Origin: Octopus vulgaris
Lineage: Eukaryota
Assembly (NCBI GenBank): GCA_951406725.2
Contig: OX597833.1
Span: 26,350,001-26,414,000 of the forward strand
Direction of reading: 5' to 3'
Length of the DNA stretch: 64,000 nucleotides
Shown here: piece by piece, positions 26,029 through 38,826 of the stretch
How positions within the stretch are numbered: position 1 is the stretch's first letter
Layout of the letters: every line of letters starts with the position of its first letter
Program-made: the position numbers and the translations under genes
Notes under the pieces: model-generated
Seen by the model: the letters and a program-made list of their open reading frames with translations, nothing else
Databases searched by the model: none
What the model was told of the DNA's origin: nothing

Positions 26029-26739
26029 TATATTATGCATGTATGTGTCCCAAGCACAACTGACACGGTGTTTGTGAGCAAATTTATATCTTTAGCTACT
26101 TCGCTTAGTAAGCTTCAAGGTGTAGGTTTGATCTCAATGCGTACACTCTTGATCAAATACTGTTTGTTTATTATATTAGCCAATAGTTGACGCAACAGAA
26201 AAGAATTAAAATGAGTCAGCGGAGTCTGTCTATGAGTCCGGTCAGTCATAATTTATGATATCTTACGTAAATCGATTATTATAAATCGTCTCAGGAATAT
26301 TCAGTAAAAATGGACTCAAAATGCTGAAAAAAGCTGCAACACCATCGGAAAAAATCTGTTATTTCTTTTGGCTCTTTACATTCTGATTTCAATTCCTTGC
26401 GTGGTTAGTTTTGTCTGTCATACCCCATGTTCAGTAAAAATAAAGTGACACTCAAGTAACGGGTTCGATGTAATCGAATAACTCTGTTCGATGATGAGAC
26501 TCGAAAGTCAATTTGTATTCATTCTGATCCTATCTTTCTACGTTGCCAGGACTGTTATGATCCAGTGGAAGCATTTCCAGGCCAAAATGTGGTAAGTATA
26601 TGGGAGACAAATCCATCGATTGTACATAGATGTTTGATAGTTTGGCTACAACTGCTTTTTTATTATTTTTGTTATTGTAGAACTTATTCTACCTTGCCTC
26701 TGAAAGACAAGGAAGAGCAGTGTCGAAGTTGCTTATGGC

Positions 26740-26890
26740 GACAAGGTTCTGAGTTCAAATTTCGCCGAAGCCGACTTTGCCTTTCTTCCTTTCGGGGGTA
26801 GATAAAATAAGCACCAGTTGAACACTGAAGTCAATGTAATCCACTTACCCACCTCCACGAAATTGCTGGCCTTCTGCCAAAATTTGAAAT
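26740..26890 (+). mobile_element. SINE family B, partial
   Basis: GTTCTGAGTTCAAATTTCGCCG...GACTTTGCCTTTC...GATAAAATAAGCACCAG. Confidence 0.75.
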
Positions 26891-27269
26891 TAATAGAAGC
26901 GTACGTGTGTGTGTGTGTGTCTGTCTGTCTGTCTGTATGTATGTATGTATGTACAAGTGTATGCATGCTAATTGACAATGCTCTTAAAACATCGGATAAA
27001 ATGCTTTGTGATATTTGTTCTGGCTTCTTGAGTTCTGGGTTCCAATGCTGCTGCAGTCAAACTTGTGTCTCATCCTTCAATCGTTAACAAAATCGAATAA
27101 ATGTAGGTTATTGGACTGGCCTAATCCTTAGAATTGGTAACTATGAGGCCTATGGGTCTTTGTTCTGACCATTTACGGTCTAAGTTCGAATTCTCCAGTA
27201 TTTTACGGTAGACGTAATCCGTGCTTTGTTTACCCCCAAAAGAAGATTGTTCGACAGTGAGCTACGTCA

Positions 27270-27470
27270 CCTGTTTAAGATTATCTCTGTCCTACTCAGC
27301 AATTTCAAAGGGGCTGAAAAAGGACCATGGATACTAAGCTTGTATCCTGATTCATCGACAAATATACTGAAGGCGAAGATGCTGTTTGGAACCAAAAAGG
27401 TGTGAATTGTAAGTTCTGTCACAAGTTTAGAACCAGCAAACTTTCGGTTTCTTCCAACTTGATCTATCAA
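27270..27470 (-). mobile_element. Possible very old Tc1/IS630-type transposase fragment
   Basis: The minus-strand ORF contains IFVDESGYKL, resembling the first catalytic-Asp motif. Nothing else is recognisable. Confidence 0.3.
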
Positions 27471-27580
27471 ATCAGTATTTAGTCAAGTAGTTGTAATAAT
27501 TCAGGAAGTGTTTGGTGATCAGAACTGACAAGATGAATGTTAAGAGAAACGCCATTCTTAAATTAATATATTTTTCTTTT

Positions 27581-27836
27581 TAGGCGGGGAGCTGGCAGGA
27601 ACGTTAGCGCGCCGGGCGAAATGCGTAGCCTTATTTCGTCTGCCGCTAAGGTTCTGAGTTCAAATTCCGCCGACGTCGACTTTACCTTTCATCCTTCTGG
27701 TGTCGATAAATTAAGTTGCCTACTTAAGTACTTAATTTATCGACACCAGAAGGATGAAAGGTAAAGTCTACTGGGGTCGATCTAATCGACTGGCCCCTCC
27801 CTCAAAATTTCAGGCTTTGTGCCTAGAGTAGAAAAG
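27581..27836 (+). mobile_element. SINE family B with a 39-bp internal inverted duplication
   Basis: Head TAGGCGGGGAGCTGGCAGG. Arms at 27678-27716 and 27730-27768. Confidence 0.88.
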
Positions 27837-27856
27837 TATATATTTTTCTTTTAAAA

Positions 27857-27928
<72 letters not shown>

Positions 27929-27930
<2 letters not shown>

Positions 27931-28352
27931 CCTGCATGTGTGGTAAGAAGTTTGCGAATAGTTCTGGGTTCAGTCTCTTTATATGGCATGTTGGGCAGGT
28001 GTCTTCTACTATAGCCTCGGGGCAACCAAAGACTTCCGTGTGTATGTATGTGTGTGCCTTTGTATTTGCCCCACCGCCGCTTGACAACCGGTCTTAGTGT
28101 GTATATGTCTCTATATCCTATTGGTTCGGCAAAGGGGTCGACAGGATAAATACCAGGTTTAAAATATAAGGTCGATTTGCTCCACCGCCGCTTGACAACC
28201 AGTGTAAGTGTGTATATGTCTCTATATCCTATTGGTTCGGCAAAGGGGTCGACAGGATAAATACCAGGTTTAAAATATAAGGTCGATTCCATTATTAAAA
28301 TTCTTCAAGTCGGTGTCCCAGCATGGCTGCAGTCTAATGACCGAAACAATTA
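27929..28352 (+). mobile_element. SINE family C with a 111-bp tandem duplication
   Basis: Head GGCCTGCATGTGTGGTAAGAAG. CCACCGCCGCTTGACAACC occurs at 28071 and 28182. Confidence 0.82.
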
Positions 28353-28639
28353 AACAATCTGTACATATGAACATCTATATGCAAGTGTGCGCGTGAATTT
28401 ATGTGTACATATGCGTAGAAGTGGTTCAGATTCGGCTATGTTTCAACAGGATCGTTTCACAATTACGTGATCTGGGGTTTCGCTCCTCTCTGACAGAACT
28501 TTCAGGAGGTGCTTCTCATGGTAGGTCCAGAGTTAACCAATATGCTTTCGAGTGAATGGCAGCTGGTGAACGTGCGAAAGCCCAAAATACACCCACGAGC
28601 ACACGCACAAACAAACACAATCAAGTATGTATATATGTA

Positions 28640-28707
<68 letters not shown>

Positions 28708-28858
28708 TGTGTACGTGTGTCTGTAGTAAGAAGTAAAAGAGATTAATAAATCCCGGAAGACATCTATAAACACACAAATTTAAATGAATTTCGTTAACTA
28801 TATCGAACAATCAGATACCAATAAATCCAAGATCTGATTTTCTCCATTTCTATTCTTC

Positions 28859-28914
<56 letters not shown>

Positions 28915-29343
28915 AAAGAAAAAATGACAAAGAATAAACGATTATCTTATGTACTTCATTAGCTTAAAGTTGCTTCCAATATAAGATGTGGTAGACTCAA
29001 AAGTCTACCTTACAATTTCATCAGAGCTTCAAATATGAAGTGCGATTTATTTGGGAAAACGAATAGATTTTAGCATATATATATAGGAAAGTATTACAAG
29101 GAGAAAGTATATATGAGGAAAGTGGAGCCAAAGGGATCCTCCCACAATTACAATGTTATTTTAATTCTGAGATATGAATATGTAGGAATATAAGAAAACA
29201 GACAGTGTGTCGTTGGGGTTACATAACAGTAACGTTCGGGTTAAACCAGGACTGCCACATTATGTTGGGTAATAATCTTTACTCTAGAGTACTGTTACTG
29301 AATATCTTTTGTTGAGAGATTTACAGACACAAATTGTCTATAG

Positions 29344-29433
<90 letters not shown>

Positions 29434-29519
29434 TCTGTGTGTGAGTATGTGTGTATGATATATAAATATATGCAGATATACACACATATATGTACATACC
29501 TACATATATATGTATATAT

Positions 29520-29790
29520 ACATGCATGTATGGGTACAGGTCATAAAAAAACGTCAAGAAAATGAGAAACGGGAACATAAAAAAAACAGAAAATGAACTT
29601 TTGTTCGGACAACGAAAGACAACAATAGAGAAATAAGAGAAGCAACGTAAAAGAACATTGCCTTCATCAGTTGTCCCCTGTTCTATCTCCTCCGCGTTTC
29701 GGTGATAACCAACGAATTGTCACCCATTATATTTATAGATAAATTCCTCTGTTTTACATAATATCGAGGCCTCATTCATTCTTTCGTTGC
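29520..29790 (-). mobile_element. Microsatellite-embedded mini-element, family H2 (copy 1)
   Basis: Inverted homolog of 30178-30345 and homologous to 58200-58410. The minus strand has CCGAAACGCG...GGACAA-CTGATGA-AGG. Confidence 0.7.
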
Positions 29791-29792
29791 CA

Positions 29793-29855
<63 letters not shown>

Positions 29856-29869
29856 CATTATTATTATTA

Positions 29870-29931
<62 letters not shown>

Positions 29932-29949
29932 ATATATATATATATATAT

Positions 29950-30038
<89 letters not shown>

Positions 30039-30177
30039 CGTGTGTATTTTCCCTTGTTAACAATTAACACGGAAAAGATAGATAAATAGTTACCAGGGTA
30101 GCAAAAAAACCACACAACTGAAAAAGGTTGTAACTCCTTGTTTTTAAAGGTAGGTATTCCGGGTCTACGTGAAATAT

Positions 30178-30591
<414 letters not shown>

Positions 30592-30790
30592 CGTGGTATA
30601 GTGTGTATGACAAGAGGTGGGTATCAATTGCTTTACAGGTACAGTACTCCAAACGGAATTCTGGGCAGAAGCCAACAGCCTAATTTCATCCGCAAGGAGG
30701 GAGTCGACGCGGGGATGTTAATGACATCGCAATGGGATCGAATTGCAAAGGGAATATTCTGCAGTATTACATACTTGTATATATATATGC

Positions 30791-30843
<53 letters not shown>

Positions 30844-30965
30844 CAGAGAGAGAGAGAGCGAGAGAGAGAGAGAAAGAGAGAGATAGACAGATAGTTAGAT
30901 AGATAGATATTCGCACGCACTCACACACACAAACATGTCTGTTTACAAGAATGTATGTATATATG

Positions 30966-30996
<31 letters not shown>

Positions 30997-31032
30997 ATGC
31001 GCAGTATTTACTGCTATATTAGTGAATGTTTA

Positions 31033-31075
<43 letters not shown>

Positions 31076-31087
31076 ACATACACGTAT

Positions 31088-31156
<69 letters not shown>

Positions 31157-32008
31157 TTAAGTGTGTATGCATATATTGCTGAAGGTAATATCTTCATAGG
31201 AACATCGTCTCGCTACTTAGAATAAGACAAACCGACCTTACAGAGAGTCCAGCGAAATATATTTCGTCCGAAAAGGTCTTCCTGTTTCTTAAATCACCTG
31301 ACTTTAATATGCCTTTATATATATTTGTGTATGCATGTGTGTATGTTTGTAACGTGTGTGTGTGTGTTCGTGCTTCTGTGTTTGTGTGTCGCACGTTTGT
31401 CTGTGTGCGCGCATGTGTGCATGCATGTTTGTGTATAGTTGTGCATACCGCTTGTCCATTCAGTTTTGAAACCGGGTTAAACTCTGGCGAAAACGAAATA
31501 GAAATAAGAAAAGAAATTGGAAATCTAAAGGTGCTTTACGAGCGAAATTCTTCGCATAGTACTAGATACTATTGTCACTCCGTGTAAACCAGGTACTGAC
31601 ATCAAGTAACTGATAACTGCCGACGCTATTGTTCATTACTACCTCTGTAATATAAAAATAATTGTGTCTATGTTGTGAACAGATTTGGAGCGTCAGAGCG
31701 TTTATGTCTTTCTATACCATGCATGTGGATGCATACGTGTGTTTATTATTTTACACAGGCACGCGCGCACACACATTCACACGCACACACGCAGGCACAC
31801 ACACGTAGGCACACACACGCATGTATGTATGTTTTCATGTATATATATAATACATGTAAGTATATTACATGATTTTAGTATCTATACATATATAAATATA
31901 AATATATAGATAAATGGATGTATATGTATCTCTATGTATGTTCTATGTATATATATATGCATATATATATACATATATATATATATGTATATATATGTAT
32001 ATATATAT

Positions 32009-32084
<76 letters not shown>

Positions 32085-32087
<3 letters not shown>

Positions 32088-32202
32088 ATACAAAATGGGA
32101 CAAGAACGCAAAACATCCGGACGGTTAGGTGATGCAAAAATGGGACAACAAAACATCCAGATAGACGATGAGGACGGGTCATTCAAAGTTTCCTTTCCTC
32201 AG

Positions 32203-32205
<3 letters not shown>
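32085..32205 (-). mobile_element. Truncated copy of mini-element family H1 in (TA)n
   Basis: Minus strand TGACTGAGGAAAGGAAACTTTGAATGACCCGTCC...GCGTTCTTGTCCCATTTTGTATT matches 16042-16130. Confidence 0.7.
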
Positions 32206-32243
<38 letters not shown>

Positions 32244-32252
32244 CTTATATAC

Positions 32253-32286
<34 letters not shown>

Positions 32287-32311
32287 CACTTATATTCATA
32301 TATATATATTC

Positions 32312-32351
<40 letters not shown>

Positions 32352-32358
32352 TCACTAT

Positions 32359-32440
<82 letters not shown>

Positions 32441-32734
32441 GTGTGTATGTGTGTGTATTAGATGTATGCTACAGTTCGCTGTCCGCATGCTGTAGGTTAG
32501 TAGAAGGTACTGGCGTCGTGTAGAAAATTTTCTTATCAATTAAAGGTTTTCCCGTGTTAATTAAAGTGTTTACTAATTAAGGATGCTATTACGTGCCTCC
32601 TATTACTACAGTGAAATACGATATGTATGTATATATGTAATTACATTTACCTGTTTCTCTCTCGTGTTGTTTGCGCATTTCAAGCACGATTCGATTTTCG
32701 CTTACAAATCCAAAATGATTAAAAATGAACTACA

Positions 32735-32800
<66 letters not shown>

Positions 32801-33230
32801 ATTGAAAGAAAAGTGGAAATCTGTATCAGAGTTCCCTTACTATTACTGCAAGTATTTTTTTTATTTAATTTTGTTTTACTTTTGTGATGGAGTTGTTGTT
32901 GTTGTTGTGTTTGACTTTTGTGTCTCTATGTGTTTTGCTATCATGATCCTAATTGCTAACCTTCCACTCTAGAACTAAACTCAACACACACTACCAAATG
33001 CACACAGCTACCATCCGGGTAACATCCTTCGTAACGGTATATTTAGATTCGGCTGCCGATAAGCACACGCAACAAAATTATCGTTAATGTTCTTCTTATT
33101 GCTATTGTTCTCGTTATCAGTACGTGCGTATTGTTGTTGTTGTTGTTATTATTATTATTACTATTATTATTATTGTTGTTGTTGTTGTTGTTGTAGTTGT
33201 TGTTGTTTTTATCATCATTATTATTATTCC

Positions 33231-33296
<66 letters not shown>

Positions 33297-33630
33297 CAGT
33301 AGTAGTAGTATTAGTAGTAGTGGTAGTAGCAGTAGTATTGGCGGCGGCAGCGGCGGTGGGAAAGGAAGGCGCATTCTTTAGAATTATGTAAATTCAAATA
33401 AATGTTCTTCGAATTTAAGCAAACGTCTAAATCCAAACCCATACACACACACACACACATGCACACACACACACACACGCTAATGCACACACACAAACCA
33501 CATAGTACACATTCAAAGGTACAGTTTACAAGTCGTACCGTAATATTTATATACATATTTAATCTTATACGTATTGAAAATATATTCCCACACATCTACC
33601 GACAAATCTAAGAGTATCTATCTATCTATC

Positions 33631-33699
<69 letters not shown>

Positions 33700-33701
<2 letters not shown>

Positions 33702-33945
33702 GAGATGCGTGGTTAGGGTGTTGAACTCATGATCGTAAGGTTATGGTTTCGATTTCTAGATCGGGCGATGCGTTGTGTTCTTGAGCAAAACACTTCATTT
33801 TCACGTTGCTCCAGTCCACTCAGCTGGCAAAAATGAGTAATCCTGCGACGGACCGATATCCCGTCCAGGTGAGGAATTTCTACGTCGCTGTGAAACCGGG
33901 AAACCGGCCCTTATGAGCCTGGCATGGCTCGAAAAGGAACATTTA
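33700..33945 (+). mobile_element. tRNA-derived SINE (family A head and CORE-like domain, different tail)
   Basis: GTGGTTAGGGTG...GATCGTAAGG...TTGTGTTCTTGAGCAAAACACTTCATTTTCACGTTGCTCCAGTCCACTCAGCTGGC. Confidence 0.78.
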
Positions 33946-33948
33946 TGT

Positions 33949-34016
<68 letters not shown>

Positions 34017-34042
34017 TATATACACAAACACACACACACAGA

Positions 34043-35243
34043 CACCCATGACAAATAAATAGGTATCCCATAATACATCATTAAATGTTTATTTTAAGTT
34101 GTAAATGTTTATATTTTTTACTAATTGACATTTTTATGTTTCAGGTTCTACATGTGTCTATTTTATTATGCTAAGCACAAAAGAAGTCTTGGAAAAGTCC
34201 AAATTTCAAAGAAGCCGTCTTGTTGGTCAATCGGAAGGTAGGATTAGCGTAAAATGGCAGAAAGCCTAGGGATCTTGCTTTCTATAGATAATAGTGATTC
34301 TGCAATTAATCATAGAGGGGAAGGAGTCCACGTCACCTTGCCCAGGTCGACCAGTGCCCTCTGACAGGACCCTTCGCTTTGTTATGAGTAATATGGAGGA
34401 TAGCCCTCGTTGCAAGATCTCTGACATAGCAGAACAAGTTGATGTAAGTCCAAGAACAGCTGTCAAGTATCTTCATAAACTTGGCTACTGTGGCAGAGCA
34501 GCAAGAAGGAAGAAAAGTTTGGGCCAGTGAGATAGGGGAGAGGCCACTTGCATTTTGGGACACGGTCATATTCTCTGATGTCTAGATTTGCTGTATTTTC
34601 TGACAATGGTACAAGTGTGTCTGGAGATTCTATGATCAAGAAACTGATGCGAAAACGTTGCAGTCAACAATGATACATGGCGTTTATTCTTTGATGGTCT
34701 GGGGAGTAATTTGGATGAATGCTCGATCAGAGCTGGTGGAGTGTGAGGGAGATAAACTCAGAGAAATATATATCCATATTGCAGAAAGGACTCCTAGTCT
34801 TCTTCAGTGGTGAAGTACTTAAAGAAGACTTTTTATGGAAGATGGGCCTCCTTATCCCATTGTTAAAGAGAGCTACGATTTCTTGGAAGAGAATGGCATT
34901 AAAAAACCTGCCATGGGCAAGCCAGTCACCAGATATGAACCCTATTGAATACTTCTGGGACATAATGGAGAGGACACGTCGTAAAAAGAACAAGAAAGCC
35001 TCCTCAAATCCAAATCTTTTGAGATTACTGCATGAAACCCGGGATAAAATTTGTTAAGACAATATTTGTCATCTGGTCAGTAGCATGCCAAATAGGGTCC
35101 TTGCACTGAAAATGCAAAGGGGATGTCTACTAAATATTAGATATTCACATTATAACAATTAACAAATAATTTGAATGTATAATTTCAGATTGAAATAAAC
35201 TTTAACAGTTCTAAGGGTGTCTATTTACATCTGCCATGTCTAT
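34043..35243 (+). mobile_element. Tc1-like transposon fossil with degenerate TIRs
   Basis: CPGRP, LHKLGYCGRAARRK, INSEKYISIL and WASQSPDMNPIEYFWDIMER (Tc1 SPDLNPIE motif). Ends CACCCATGACAAATAAATAGGTATCCC and GGGTGTCTATTTACATCTGCCATG. Confidence 0.88.
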
Positions 35244-35583
35244 GTATATGTGTATACATATATATATATACACACACATAAATTCACATATATAATGCAT
35301 GCATAACGCATACATATATAAAGTTATGTATGCATGCATGTATACATAAATATCCGTATATGTGTGTGTATGTGTGTGTGCGTACTTACGTGCGTGTGTA
35401 TTAACATAATGCAAACATTTCACTGCAAATTACGGTGGATAAATATTATTAGATATCATTAATAATGAGTATAAAGCCATACAATAAAAATAATAATTAT
35501 AATTCATTATTTGACAAATAGAGAAATGTTTTTGTTGCTATTGAACCATCTTCCTGCTCTTGTCGCACAGGAGGTACTCGCTG

Positions 35584-35704
35584 CTACCATTGTCGATTAC
35601 AGTCAGAACAAAATACCCCGTGGCCAGAACAAGAGCAACGACAGTCTGGATGAATACAGACAACTGAACATTGACAACATGAACAACTATATCCATGAAT
35701 ATAC
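35584..35704 (-). other. Possible terminal exon encoding a short cysteine-rich peptide (unconfirmed)
   Basis: Minus strand ...TTTCACCGCAG|G then YIHGYSCSCCQCSVVCIHPDCRCSCSGHGVFCSDCNRQW* (10 Cys in 39 aa). May instead be a decayed (GTT)n repeat. Confidence 0.2.
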
Positions 35705-36221
35705 CTGCGGTGAAATATCTTTCAAAACAAACGATAATGAATGACTGAGTTCCGATAATTATGGAACTGGGATTTGACATCTTTCGATTCCTATTCTACG
35801 GCTTGAATTTGTTGATAAGTATGATAAGGAAGGGTGGCACAAATGGTGGAAAAGAGAAGATTTGAAAAAAGGTACCGGAAAGATCGGGTAGGAAAGAAGA
35901 AATCTAGTCATATTATTCTGGCCAAGACGAATCGTCTGGGCCAAATGTCGAACGACAATAACCTGGACAGTAACAACAGCAACAACAATAACAACAACAG
36001 CAATAGAAGTAATGGGATGAAAAACAAATAGAAAACAAGAAATATAATAAAAACAAGAATAGCAATAGCGACTTAAACTATCACAACAGTATTAGATGCA
36101 AAATCAAAATAAAACAACTACAACAACAGCAGCAACAGCAGCAATAGCATCAAGAGCAACCCCAACAAATAATTCCCTGTTGTTCGAAAGGACAACAGCG
36201 TATACTCTTACTCTTAACACT

Positions 36222-36433
36222 CTCTTTTACTTGTTTCAGTCATTTGACTGTGGCCATGCTGGAGCACCGCCTTTTAGTCAAGCAAATCGACCCCAGGACT
36301 TATTCTTTGTAAGCCTAGTACTTATTCTATCCGCCTCTTTTGCCGAACCGCTAAGTTACGGGGACGTAAACACACCAGCATCTGTTGTCAAGTGATGTTG
36401 GGGGAGGGGTACAAACACAGACACACACAAACT

Positions 36434-36526
<93 letters not shown>

Positions 36527-36915
36527 CAGTATCGCCCGGCGTTGCTCGGGTTTGTAAGGGAAATAACTATATAAGCATTTTTAGAGAGTTATAGCCCAAA
36601 AATTAGCAAAAAATGCATTAAAAATGGAAAAAGAATGATGGTAATTTTTAAAAAATCGTTGACTCATCGTAGACATTTTTAAAGAGTTACTTCCCTTATA
36701 TAATAGCGAAAAAATTGCATTAAAATGGAAAAAATGATGGTAAATTTTTTTTAAATCGTAGACTCATCGTAGACGCGCGCTAATACCCAGAAGGGCTCGA
36801 TATGAATCACGACCATAAGATACCTGGTTTTGGTTAAACTGCACCGTTAAACTGTGGGAGTAGTTAGGAATCTAAATCTTAGGAGACAGACACACAACTT
36901 CACTTTTATATATAA

Positions 36916-37006
<91 letters not shown>

Positions 37007-37165
37007 CATATACATATATGCGACGGGCTTCTTTCAGTTTCCGTCTACCAAATCCACTCACAAGGCTTTGGTCGGCCCGAGGCTATAATAAAAACACACT
37101 TTCCCAAGGTGCCACGTAGTGAGACTGAACACGGAACCATGTGGTTCGTATGCAACCTACTTATC
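36222..37165 (-). mobile_element. SINE family C split by a Helitron in its internal (TA)n
   Basis: The 3' half (36222-36435) and head (37020-37165) flank (TA)n and the element 36524-36918. Confidence 0.85.
36524..36918 (-). mobile_element. Non-autonomous Helitron
   Basis: The minus strand starts A|TCTTTATATATAAAAGTG and ends with the hairpin CCCGAGCAACGCCGGG and GATACTGCTA. Internal ~65-bp direct repeat at 36608 and 36710. Confidence 0.78.
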
Positions 37166-38104
37166 ACGTTTATTCAAAAACACCAAGCAGAATTACTTGT
37201 GATAAAGAAGACAGCAAGGTTTCTCTTGCCGAAGGAACTCTTGGAAAGTACGAGAGGTTCTTCAAGTGTCTCAAAGACAAAACGTCTTGAAGAACGCAGA
37301 TTACGGAATGTTTCATCCTTGTGCGGGGTGTTGAAATAAACGATGTAGAATTTGGGAGAACTTCAGGACGAATTTGAGGTCAATAATAACTGGATGTGGT
37401 ACAGGGTGACGCGTTCGCATGTTCTTCTTCTCACCGACTGCAGTATCTACAACTCTTACAGTCAGATGGCAGTTCGGTAAGATTGTATGTGTGCAATGTA
37501 TGTGTGTGTGTGTGTGAGCGTGTGTGTGTGTGCTTGCGCGCTGTATTGTGTTGCGTTGTGTTGTGTGTGTATATGTATGTGTATGTCTGTGTATATGTCT
37601 ATATATACATAAATGTGCGACATGTGTACATACATATAATTTATGTATGTATATCTATGTATATATATATATATATAAATATATAAAAATATATATATAT
37701 ACATATATATATATATAAATATATGTGTGTATATATATATATATATAATCTATGTATATATATATATACAAGCACACACGCACACATACACTAAGTTAAA
37801 CACAGTTGCTCGCCACACACCCAAACTCTACGCATACACACACGAACACACACACACACACATACACTACAAACAAAACGAACACACGATACATATACAT
37901 ACACGCACACACATACCTCTTTGTTTTTGACCTGTGGTTGGACACAAAAAACACCACTCCTTATTCTTACATACTGGCCAGCTACTAGCCAGTTGTTCAC
38001 CATACACACATACACACAAACAAGCACACACACACACGTGTCATCATTACACACATACACACACACGCGCACACGCAGACACCCGCACATGCACACATCC
38101 ACAC

Positions 38105-38416
38105 ACATTCCCCCTCTCACTTTTTTTACCATACTGTCTTTGCAAACTCTCCTGTCTTTTAAAAACATTATTCTTCCACCTTTCTACTTCCGGTCTTTCA
38201 ATGTGTGATCTCGTGAGTACCACTGGCGATTTTTTTCCTCCGTCTTGCCTTCTCGGGATCTTTCCTTCTCCTATGTTTCCGACGAAGAGCTCCGCTCGAA
38301 ACGTTAAACCCTCCTTCTTCCCTTCTTTTCCTGAGCGTCCAATGATACTTTATTTGTTCCACATCCTCGCGTTGTTGTGTTTTTTTTGTTTTTTTTGTGT
38401 TTTCTAGTTTGGATTA

Positions 38417-38420
<4 letters not shown>
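38105..38420 (+). mobile_element. Pyrimidine-rich Penelope-like 3' terminal segment ending in (TA)n
   Basis: Lies between a (CA)-rich tract and (TA)n and carries a minimal hammerhead. Confidence 0.55.
38275..38309 (+). ncRNA. Minimal type I hammerhead ribozyme (U4C core variant)
   Basis: GTTT-CCGACGA-A-GAGC-TCC-GCTC-GAAA-CGT-T-AAAC. Stem I GTTT/AAAC, stem II GAGC/GCTC, palindromic AACGTT stem III region. Confidence 0.7.
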
Positions 38421-38454
<34 letters not shown>

Positions 38455-38456
<2 letters not shown>

Positions 38457-38752
38457 TGAAAATTAGGAGGAATGACCATCAAAGTGGAGCCCTAATACGC
38501 TAAAGATAGACGCCAAATCACCCTTACCACGAAGAGTGTGTTCCCAAGAAAAATTTCTGGCGTTTGCTGAAATTTTTCTCGCGAACACACTCTTCAGGGT
38601 AAGAGCGATTTGACGTTTTTCTTTAGCATATTAAGGTTCAACTTTGGTGGCCATTCTTCTTAATTTGTATGTAATATCATTTTCAATCTTCGGATTTGCT
38701 AAGCCACTGGTTTTAATTGATTAATATCAATTTTTTACCCTCGTTATTTAAG

Positions 38753-38755
<3 letters not shown>
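38455..38755 (+). mobile_element. (TA)n-embedded fold-back (about 100-bp arms) plus tail mini-element
   Basis: 38455-38558 is an imperfect inverted repeat of 38568-38670. The tail ends AATTTTTTACCCTCGTTATTTAAGT-(TA)n. Confidence 0.7.

Positions 38756-38826
<71 letters not shown>

Noticed and set aside
37170-37480. Coding-like stretch ending in a GTAAGA donor-like site, possibly an exon or Penelope ORF remnant
   Set aside because: Contains stops, has no diagnostic motif and no clear acceptor.
38570-38605. CTGAAGA-GTG-TGTT-CGC-GAGAA on the minus strand as a further hammerhead
   Set aside because: GAAA is not in register and no stem III, NUH or stem I partner is present.
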